Assembly: GCA_017540085.1 (NCBI GenBank)
Contig: JAFYBQ010000033.1
Location: 5,835 to 69,834 of the forward strand
Length of the DNA: 64,000 nt
Direction of reading: 5' to 3'
DNA from: Synergistaceae bacterium
Lineage (GTDB): Bacteria; Synergistota; Synergistia; Synergistales; Aminobacteriaceae
How positions within the stretch are numbered: the stretch's first letter is position 1; every line of letters begins with the position of its first letter. A program made the translations under genes and the position numbers. This document shows positions 57,442 to 64,000 of this stretch, piece after piece. Under the pieces are notes generated by a model. That model did no database searches and was not told the origin of the DNA. It worked only from the letters and a program-made list of their open reading frames with translations.

Positions 57442-57999
57442 ATGACACCGAGAATGCTTGAGAAGTACAAGAATGAAGTCGCGCCCGCAATGCTCCGTGA
57501 ATTTGGGTACAAGAACGTTATGCAGATGCCCAAAATCGAGAAAGTTGTCGTGAATATCGGAGTCGGCGATGCAAAGCTCGACATCAAATTCATGGACGCG
57601 GCAATAGCGGAACTCAGAGCGATAACAGGTCAGCAGCCCTTGCTGAAACGCGCAAAGAAATCAATCGCAGGATTCAAAGTGCGTCAGAATATGCCGGTTG
57701 CCTGCTGTGTAACTCTCAGGGGCGCAAAGATGTGGGAATTTCTCGACAGGCTTATATCGTTAGCACTGCCGAGCATCAAAGACTTTCAGGGAATTTCACG
57801 CAAAGGATTCGACGGGCGCGGAAATTTCAACTTGGGATTACGCGAACAGTTAATCTTCCCTGAGATAAGCTATGACAAAGTAATACGTTCACGCGGTATG
57901 AATGTCTCAATTGTAACGACAGCAAAGACGGATGAAGAAGCATTTGCGCTGTTAAAGGGACTCGGAATGCCGTTCAGGACAGGAAATCAGGGGGCATAA
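57442..57999 (+). CDS. rplE: 50S ribosomal protein L5
   Basis: 185 aa. [30 protein letters not shown]. Confidence 0.97.
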   Translation: MTPRMLEKYKNEVAPAMLREFGYKNVMQMPKIEKVVVNIGVGDAKLDIKFMDAAIAELRAITGQQPLLKRAKKSIAGFKVRQNMPVACCVTLRGAKMWEFLDRLISLALPSIKDFQGISRKGFDGRGNFNLGLREQLIFPEISYDKVIRSRGMNVSIVTTAKTDEEAFALLKGLGMPFRTGNQGA

Positions 58000-58007
58000 A
58001 TAACAAA

Positions 58008-58193
58008 ATGGCAAGAAAAGCATTAAAGTTGAAGGCAAAGCTCCCCCCGAAATTCAGCACAAGACAGCACAACCGCTGCCCGTTATGCGGAAGGATTCAC
58101 GGCTATATCCGTATGTTCGACATGTGCCGCTGCTGCTTCAGGAAGATGGCTCGCGAGGGACTGTTCCCCGGAGTCGTCAAATCAAGCTGGTAA
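58008..58193 (+). CDS. rpsN: 30S ribosomal protein S14, short Zn-binding type Z
   Basis: 61 aa. CPLCGR..x..CRCCFR. Confidence 0.96.
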   Translation: MARKALKLKAKLPPKFSTRQHNRCPLCGRIHGYIRMFDMCRCCFRKMAREGLFPGVVKSSW

Positions 58194-58203
58194 AGGGGGC
58201 GGG

Positions 58204-58614
58204 TTGAAATTGTACGTTAATGACCCGGTTGCAGACATGCTTACGAGGATTCGCAACGCAAATTTGACCTATGCCGAAAGCGTTGACGTTCCTTCAAGCA
58301 AAATGAAGTTAGCATTAGCCAGAATCTTAAAGGACGAGGGCTATATCAGGAATTTCAGAATGATTACTGACCCCGCAAAACCGTACGCAGAGATAAGAAT
58401 CTACCTGTCATACGGCAGCAGCAAGGAGAGAGTCATTCAGGGACTCCGCAGAATCAGCAAGCCCGGAAGAAGAATCTATGTAGGCCGCGACAAGATACCC
58501 GTCGTAATGGGCGGACTCGGCCTCGCGATTCTCTCAACGTCAAAAGGACTCAAGACCAGCACGGAGGCCGGAAAATTAGGTCTCGGCGGGGAAGTCCTCT
58601 GCTATGTCTGGTAA
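58204..58614 (+). CDS. rpsH: 30S ribosomal protein S8
   Basis: [16 protein letters not shown] start at 58204 or 58210. Confidence 0.95.
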   Translation: MKLYVNDPVADMLTRIRNANLTYAESVDVPSSKMKLALARILKDEGYIRNFRMITDPAKPYAEIRIYLSYGSSKERVIQGLRRISKPGRRIYVGRDKIPVVMGGLGLAILSTSKGLKTSTEAGKLGLGGEVLCYVW

Positions 58615-58626
58615 GGAGGATAAATC

Positions 58627-59166
58627 ATGTCTCGTATCGGACGCAAGGCAGTAGAAATCGCAAAAGGCGCAAGCGTTGAAGTCAAAGGCACTGACATTGT
58701 AGTGAAAGGCCCGAAAGGCGAGCTTCACGCGCAGTTGATGCCCGGAATCGCTGTTGATGTTGACGGCGGACTCGTGAAGGTCTCGCGCTCAAACGAGGAG
58801 AAGCAGACGAGAGCCTGGCACGGAATGACACGCGCATTAATCGCGAACATGGTTACGGGCGTTACGGCTGGTTTCTCAAAGACAATGGAGATCGTTGGGG
58901 TAGGCTGGAGAGCCGCGCTTCAGGGCAAAAAGTTAGTGCTTAATCTCGGATATTCACACCCGATAGAGTTCACGCCCCCTGAAGGAATCGAAATCGTAGT
59001 AGAAAATCCCATCAAGTTCCATGTGAAGGGAATCGACAAGGAATTAGTTGGCCAGACATGCGCCCTGATAAAGAAATTCAGACCGCCGGAGCCTTATCAC
59101 GGAAAGGGAATCAAGTTCGAGAATGAATATATCCTCCGCAAGGCCGGCAAGACTGGGGCGAAATAA
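58627..59166 (+). CDS. rplF: 50S ribosomal protein L6
   Basis: MSRIGRKAVEI. 179 aa, two-domain pattern. Confidence 0.97.
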   Translation: MSRIGRKAVEIAKGASVEVKGTDIVVKGPKGELHAQLMPGIAVDVDGGLVKVSRSNEEKQTRAWHGMTRALIANMVTGVTAGFSKTMEIVGVGWRAALQGKKLVLNLGYSHPIEFTPPEGIEIVVENPIKFHVKGIDKELVGQTCALIKKFRPPEPYHGKGIKFENEYILRKAGKTGAK

Positions 59167-59172
59167 ATCATC

Positions 59173-59538
59173 ATGAAGAAGAGAAGCAGAAATGACATGC
59201 GCGTATTAAGGCATGAGAGATTACGCAGGACGCTCGCAGGCACAGCAGAAAAGCCGCGCCTTTGCGTTTTCAGAAGCCTCAAGAATATTTACGTTCAGGT
59301 TATCGATGACGACAAAGGACACACGCTCGTATCAGCGTCAACCCTCGACAAGTCATTACAGCCCGAACTCAAAGGACACTGCAACGTTGAAGCCGCAAAA
59401 GTTATCGGCAAAGCAATCGCCGAGCGCGCAAAGGCAAAAGGTATCAGCAATGTTGTGTTCGACAGGGGCGGACATGCCTATATCGGTAAAGTTATGGCGG
59501 TGGCTGAGGCTGCCAGAGAAGGAGGGCTTGTATTCTGA
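59173..59538 (+). CDS. rplR: 50S ribosomal protein L18
   Basis: [32 protein letters not shown]. Confidence 0.96.
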   Translation: MKKRSRNDMRVLRHERLRRTLAGTAEKPRLCVFRSLKNIYVQVIDDDKGHTLVSASTLDKSLQPELKGHCNVEAAKVIGKAIAERAKAKGISNVVFDRGGHAYIGKVMAVAEAAREGGLVF

Positions 59539-60071
59539 TGCCCAGAAGAAATGAGACAGAGGCAGCAGAGCTTCAGGAACGTGTAGTAGCGATTAACCGC
59601 GTCAGCAAAGTCGTAAAGGGCGGAAAAAGATTCCGTTTCGCGGTTCTCGTAGTTGTCGGGGACGGCTCATCGCAGGTCGGCACAGGAATCGGAAAAGCTA
59701 AGGAGATCGCCGAGGCTGTCCGCAAAGGAATCGAGAAGGCCAAAAAGAATATGGTCTCCGTAAAACACGCGGGAAATACGATTCCTCATCCCGTTGTCGG
59801 CGAGTTCGGAGCGGCAAGAGTTCTCCTCAAGCCATGCCCTGAAGGTACGGGAGTCATTGCGGGCGGAGTCGTCCGGGCGATTATGGAGCTTGGCGGAGTG
59901 AAGGACGTTGTTACGAAAGTTACGGGAAGAACGTCAAACGCAATCAACGTAGCACACGCAACACTTGAGGCCATAAGGATAACACGCACAGAGTCCGAGA
60001 TAATGAAGCTCAGAGGGCTTGCAGGGGATGACAGCGCAGAAGCGGAAGGTGATTCACATGGCGAAAATTAA
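59538..60071 (+). CDS. rpsE: 30S ribosomal protein S5
   Basis: [27 protein letters not shown]. Confidence 0.97.
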   Translation: MPRRNETEAAELQERVVAINRVSKVVKGGKRFRFAVLVVVGDGSSQVGTGIGKAKEIAEAVRKGIEKAKKNMVSVKHAGNTIPHPVVGEFGAARVLLKPCPEGTGVIAGGVVRAIMELGGVKDVVTKVTGRTSNAINVAHATLEAIRITRTESEIMKLRGLAGDDSAEAEGDSHGEN

Positions 60072-60240
60072 GGCTAAGTGGGTCAAAAGCGCAATAGGAT
60101 TCCCCGAAAGGCAGAAGCGCACAATAAAGGCTCTCGGATTCCGCAAGCTGAACTCAGAAGTAGAGCATGACGACACGCCGCAGATTCGCGGAATGATTGA
60201 ACACGTGCGCCACCTCGTGAAATGGGAGGTTGTCGAATGA
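60058..60240 (+). CDS. rpmD: 50S ribosomal protein L30
   Basis: Start refined to ATG 60058 ([24 protein letters not shown]). Overlaps the rpsE end. Confidence 0.92.
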   Translation: MAKIKAKWVKSAIGFPERQKRTIKALGFRKLNSEVEHDDTPQIRGMIEHVRHLVKWEVVE

Positions 60241-60686
60241 TAACGTTACAGGATTTGCACCCCGCTAAAGGTTCAACCCATAGGGCCAAGAGACTCGGTC
60301 AGGGTATCGGGAGCGGAACGGGCAAAACTTCCGGAAAAGGCAACAAGGGCGACAAGGCCAGGACAGGCGGCGGAGTTAAGCCGGGCTTCGAGGGAGGACA
60401 GATGCCCATCACAAGAAGGACTCCCAAGCGCGGATTCAACAACGCAAGATTCGCGAAAGTCTTTCAGGTAGTCAACCTTGACGCATTAGAGAAAAAATTT
60501 GACGCGGGCGCAGAAGTTGACGCTGAAGCAATGTACGCCGCGAGGATTATCCGCAAGAAGGGAATCCCCGTGAAGGTTCTTGCTGACGGTGAATTAACGA
60601 AAGCCCTCAAGATTAAGGCCGGAGCATTCAGCGCGGGTGCTTTGAAGAAAATAGAGTCAGCCGGCGGGACTCATGAGGTAGTCTAA
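60237..60686 (+). CDS. rplO: 50S ribosomal protein L15
   Basis: Start refined to ATG 60237 (ATGA overlap). [24 protein letters not shown]. Confidence 0.95.
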   Translation: MITLQDLHPAKGSTHRAKRLGQGIGSGTGKTSGKGNKGDKARTGGGVKPGFEGGQMPITRRTPKRGFNNARFAKVFQVVNLDALEKKFDAGAEVDAEAMYAARIIRKKGIPVKVLADGELTKALKIKAGAFSAGALKKIESAGGTHEVV

Positions 60687-61987
60687 TGTTCGGGTCATTG
60701 GGTGATATTTTCAGGCTGCCGGATCTGAAGCGCAGAATATTCTTCACCCTCTTCATTCTGTTCATTTTCAGGCTCGGCGCATACATCCCAAGCCCCGGCG
60801 TTGACCGTGCCGCGCTCGCAAGCCTCTTCAGCACAGGCGGGGGAGTTATGGACTTCCTCAACCTGTTTTCGGGGGGAGCTTTGAGCCGTTTCGGTATATT
60901 CTCGCTCGGTGTCGCTCCGTATATCAACTCAAGCATCGTAATGCAGCTCCTTGTTGTAATTTTCCCGTACTTAGAGAAATTGCAGAAGGACTCGACTGAC
61001 GGCCACAAGAAGATTACGCAGTGGACTCGCTACGGTGCTGTAGTTTTCGCGGTCGTTCAGGCTATCGGAATGACAGCATGGTTAGGGAGTCTCGGAATTA
61101 TGCAGGGAGGATTCCTCGATTGGCTGCTAGTCATCATCACGCTTGTTGCGGGATCGGTTGCGGTTATGTGGCTCGGCGAGGAGCTGACAGATCACGGAAT
61201 CGGCAACGGAATATCACTGCTCATTTTCGCGGGTATCGTCGCAAGAATCCCGGAGGCTATCCTTCAGACGTGGAATATGGTCAGACTCGGTTCGATGAGC
61301 GTTATCGGTCTCCTTGTCGGAATCGTGTTGATGGTTATCGTTGTCGCGGGCTGTATCTTGCTGCAGGAAGGACAGCGGAGACTCCCCGTTCAGTACGCAA
61401 AAAGAGTCGTGGGTAACAAGATTTACGGCGGTCAGAGTACATTTATCCCGCTGAAAGTGAATCAGTCAGGAGTTATCCCGATAATTTTCGCAAGCTCATT
61501 GCTGATTTTCCCCTATACGATCGCAAATTATTTCAGTGAGAGCGCGACAGGAAGATTCATCAGCGCATTGTTCACGCCCAACAGCTTTTTCTATATTCTG
61601 TGCTATGTGGCTCTGATTATTTTCTTCTCGTACTTCTACACGGCGGTTGTCTTCAATCCAACAGACATCGCAAACAACATGAAGAAATACGGCGGATTCA
61701 TTCTCGGCATTCGTCCGGGTCAGCCGACTTCAGACTACATCACGCGGGTTATGGAGCGTATCACTCTCGGCGGTGCTGTCTTCCTCGCGGTAATCGCCTT
61801 AATCCCTAACGTAATGTCGTCAGTACTCAACATCAACAGCTTCTACTTCGGAGGAACGGCGGTGTTAATCGTTGTGGGCGTTGCGATGGACACGGTGAAT
61901 CAGATTGAGGCTCAATTGCTCATGCGGCATTATGACGGAATACTCAAGAAATCCGGCGGCGGCCGCAAAGGCTTTCTGAGGGGTTAA
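60686..61987 (+). CDS. secY: preprotein translocase subunit SecY
   Basis: 433 aa, 10 TM pattern. LGVAPYINSSIVMQLL, GGFILGIRPG. Confidence 0.97.
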   Translation: MFGSLGDIFRLPDLKRRIFFTLFILFIFRLGAYIPSPGVDRAALASLFSTGGGVMDFLNLFSGGALSRFGIFSLGVAPYINSSIVMQLLVVIFPYLEKLQKDSTDGHKKITQWTRYGAVVFAVVQAIGMTAWLGSLGIMQGGFLDWLLVIITLVAGSVAVMWLGEELTDHGIGNGISLLIFAGIVARIPEAILQTWNMVRLGSMSVIGLLVGIVLMVIVVAGCILLQEGQRRLPVQYAKRVVGNKIYGGQSTFIPLKVNQSGVIPIIFASSLLIFPYTIANYFSESATGRFISALFTPNSFFYILCYVALIIFFSYFYTAVVFNPTDIANNMKKYGGFILGIRPGQPTSDYITRVMERITLGGAVFLAVIALIPNVMSSVLNINSFYFGGTAVLIVVGVAMDTVNQIEAQLLMRHYDGILKKSGGGRKGFLRG

Positions 61988-61989
61988 TC

Positions 61990-62607
61990 ATGAGGCTTGT
62001 ATTGTTAGGCGCGCCTGGGGCCGGAAAGGGTACTCAGGCCGTTTTCCTCAAAGAACGCCACAACTTAGCGCACATCTCAACGGGTGATATTTTCCGTCAG
62101 AATCTCAAAGACAATACGCCGCTCGGACTTGAGGCCAAGAAGTTTATGGACGCAGGGCAGCTAGTCCCGGACGAAATCGTCATGAAGATGGTAGGCGGGA
62201 AGCTCGCGGAGTTCAAGCCCGGCGAAGGATTCATGCTTGACGGATTCCCCCGCACAGTGGCTCAGGCAGAATTTCTCGAAACTCAGACGAAACTTGACGG
62301 CGTAATCATGTTCAAAGTTTCTGATGAGGCAATCGTGAAGAGACTCACAAGCCGTGCAGTGTGCAAAGAATGCGGGAACGTTACGAACATTCACGAACAT
62401 GACAAATGCCCGGCCTGCGGTGGCGAGCTTTACAGGCGCGATGATGACAACGAGGCAACAATCCGCGAACGCCTGAGAGTTTACCATGAACAGACAGAAG
62501 CACTTGTAGAGTTTTACAGGGCGCGGGGTCTGCTGATTGAGATTGATGCTACGGGAATGCCTGAGGAAGTTTTTGCGCGGGTTGTCGAGACGCTCGAACA
62601 TGATTAA
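61990..62607 (+). CDS. adk: adenylate kinase (Zn-binding lid)
   Basis: GAPGAGKGTQ P-loop. CKECGN..CPACGG lid. Confidence 0.97.
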   Translation: MRLVLLGAPGAGKGTQAVFLKERHNLAHISTGDIFRQNLKDNTPLGLEAKKFMDAGQLVPDEIVMKMVGGKLAEFKPGEGFMLDGFPRTVAQAEFLETQTKLDGVIMFKVSDEAIVKRLTSRAVCKECGNVTNIHEHDKCPACGGELYRRDDDNEATIRERLRVYHEQTEALVEFYRARGLLIEIDATGMPEEVFARVVETLEHD

Positions 62608-63379
62608 GCTGAAGACTCCCGAAGAATTAAAGCTCATGAGAATCGCCGGGCGCGTTACGGCAGAAGTGCTTGAAATCATGCGCGGTGCTGTGCGTCCGGG
62701 AATCTCAACGGGCGAGCTTGACCAGTTAGCCGAGGAGCATATACGCAGGAACAACGGCATTCCGGCATTCAAGAATTACCGCCCAATGTCGAGCATGACT
62801 CCTTTTCCCGGAACTATTTGCGCGTCAATCAATGAAGAAGTCGTGCATGGCATTCCGAGCTTCCGAAGAATACTTCAGGAAGGCGACATCATAAGCGTGG
62901 ACGTTGGCGCGTATGTGAACGGTTACTGCGGGGACGCGGCCTGCACATTTCCAGTAGGCGAAATAAGCCCGGAGCGCAGGAAACTTCTTGAGGTTACGGA
63001 GGAGTCATTGAAGAGGGCTATTGCTCAGGCAGTGCCGGGAAATACCCTAGGCGACATTGGCAACGCAGTAGAAAGTTACCTTAAACCGTTAGGCTATGGG
63101 ATCGTCCGCGATTACACAGGACACGGAATCGGCCAGAAAATGCACGAGGCACCGCAGATCCCGAATTACGGCCGGGCGGGGCAGGGTATGACGCTCAAAG
63201 CTGGCATGACTATAGCGATTGAGCCTATGATTATGTCCGGGCGCGAGAAAGTGAAAACAGGCTCCAACGGCTGGACAGTTTCAACAGTCGACGGGTCTGA
63301 CGCAGCGCATTTTGAACGCTCGATAGCTGTTCTTGACGACGGGCCGGAGATTTTGACACCGTGGCAGAGTTTTCTGTAG
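62600..63379 (+). CDS. map: type I methionine aminopeptidase
   Basis: Start refined to ATG 62600 (MIKLKTPEEL). VVHGIP, DVGAYVNGYCGDAA, HGIG, IEPM. Confidence 0.95.
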   Translation: MIKLKTPEELKLMRIAGRVTAEVLEIMRGAVRPGISTGELDQLAEEHIRRNNGIPAFKNYRPMSSMTPFPGTICASINEEVVHGIPSFRRILQEGDIISVDVGAYVNGYCGDAACTFPVGEISPERRKLLEVTEESLKRAIAQAVPGNTLGDIGNAVESYLKPLGYGIVRDYTGHGIGQKMHEAPQIPNYGRAGQGMTLKAGMTIAIEPMIMSGREKVKTGSNGWTVSTVDGSDAAHFERSIAVLDDGPEILTPWQSFL

Positions 63380-63624
63380 GGCAGATCGTTATCTCACGGC
63401 GCGGAAAAGATACGGGGCTTGAGTATGTAGTCGCAGGATTCGAATCTGACGGAAGAATTAAGCTGATACGGCCGGAAAGATTCAACGTCAGCAATCCCAA
63501 GAGAAAGAATCCCAAGCACCTTCAAGGCACGTCAAGAATCGCAGAGAATTTAGCAGAAAAGATAAAGGCAGGTAACAACATTAATGCGGGATATTTTCAC
63601 AGGAGCGTAACGGATGGCGAATAA
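63361..63624 (+). CDS. KOW-motif RNA-binding-like small protein (map-infA spacer gene)
   Basis: 87 aa. GTG start. [20 protein letters not shown]-like motif. Position typical of Firmicute-like spc operons. Confidence 0.65.
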   Translation: MAEFSVGQIVISRRGKDTGLEYVVAGFESDGRIKLIRPERFNVSNPKRKNPKHLQGTSRIAENLAEKIKAGNNINAGYFHRSVTDGE

Positions 63625-63844
63625 CTCCGGCAAAGAGGACGTAATCGAGGTAAAAGGCGTAATCACAGAGCCATTGCCCAACGCAATGTTCAGAGTTGAG
63701 CTTGAAAACGGGCATAAGGTTCTGGCGCATGTCAGCGGAAAAATGAGAATGCACTTCATCAGGATACTTCCGGGTGATAAGGTGCTTGTTGAAATTTCCC
63801 CCTACGATTTGACAAGGGGCAGAATAATTTATCGGTACAAATAA
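63614..63844 (+). CDS. infA: translation initiation factor IF-1
   Basis: [33 protein letters not shown]...[24 protein letters not shown]. Confidence 0.97.
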   Translation: MANNSGKEDVIEVKGVITEPLPNAMFRVELENGHKVLAHVSGKMRMHFIRILPGDKVLVEISPYDLTRGRIIYRYK

Positions 63845-63863
63845 TCCAAAAGGTGATAGACAA

Positions 63864-63989
63864 ATGAAAGTAGGGCCTTCAGTAAAGCCTATCTGCGAAT
63901 TTTGCAGGGTAATCCGCCGCCACGGGGTCGTCCGCGTAATCTGCTCACGGAATCCCAGGCACAAACAGCGTCAGGGCGTAAGGAGGTAA
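63864..63989 (+). CDS. rpmJ: 50S ribosomal protein L36
   Basis: Hand-translated (below the track length cutoff): [41 protein letters not shown]. The CxxC..C..H Zn motif is typical of L36. Confidence 0.9.
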   Translation: MKVGPSVKPICEFCRVIRRHGVVRVICSRNPRHKQRQGVRR

Positions 63990-63993
63990 CAGC

Positions 63994-64000
63994 ATGGCAC
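63994..64000 (+). CDS. rpsM: first codons of 30S ribosomal protein S13 (truncated by window end)
   Basis: TAAGGAGG SD then ATG GCA C.. (MAR.. expected). Call rests mainly on synteny after rpmJ. Confidence 0.45.

Noticed and set aside
1-64000. Search for tRNA, rRNA, tmRNA, CRISPR arrays and known riboswitches.
   Set aside because: - Intergenic space is very limited; the largest gaps are 310, 205, 179 and 179 nt.
- None shows cloverleaf-type T-arm (GGTTCGAATCC-like) sequence, regular repeat-spacer structure or riboswitch cores that I recognise.
- A covariance-model scan would be needed to be sure.

Overview
Densely packed bacterial chromosomal window, with many 1-4 nt gene overlaps and roughly balanced GC by eye. 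All product calls rest on motif recognition by eye; no database search, structure prediction or statistics were run, and several start codons were re-assigned by hand from SD spacing.

Layout:
- 0-16 kb: C1-folate cluster (fhs-fchA-folD), ThrE-type exporter, secreted protein with a duplicated SH3b unit, membrane pyrophosphatase, CGGC protein, permease and NhaC antiporter. A minus-strand run follows: slt, tilS, an 823-aa zinc-hook coiled-coil protein, and a GNAT.
- 16-47 kb, first part: tyrS, LpxL-type acyltransferase, queD/DUF2442/folE2, yggS-sepF-divIVA, recG-recX and a flavin oxidoreductase. An OmpR/HK pair lies divergent from three small secreted Pro/His-rich proteins, followed by a repeat-containing membrane protein.
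- 16-47 kb, second part: larC, a ComB-like gene, proS, two tandem PIN/antitoxin pairs, a patatin-Omp85 (PlpD-like) fusion, CheX-like and RuvX-like genes and a second acyltransferase. Then two Zn-ribbon paralogs, prepilin peptidase, a cupin and an 1134-aa nuclease-methylase-specificity fusion.
- 47.5-64 kb: complete str-S10-spc ribosomal operons through secY-adk-map-infA-rpmJ, plus the first codons of rpsM.

Taxonomy: diderm-type genes (LpxL-like acyltransferases, Slt70-like, Omp85-patatin) occur together with sepF/divIVA. This suggests a diderm lineage such as Synergistota or Negativicutes, but the window cannot settle it.

No rRNA, tRNA, CRISPR array, transposase or integrase was recognised.

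Most interesting candidates:
1. A head-less SbcC/Rad50-like zinc-hook coiled coil translationally coupled to a GNAT.
2. A single-chain R-M-S restriction-like fusion abutting the str promoter.
3. A two-component system with phased TTCAC boxes and a trio of secreted His/Pro-rich and LTxxQ proteins.
4. A membrane protein carrying a near-identical 357-bp in-frame duplication.
5. Tandem toxin-antitoxin pairs, one with an internally deleted toxin whose 3' end supplies the proS Shine-Dalgarno.
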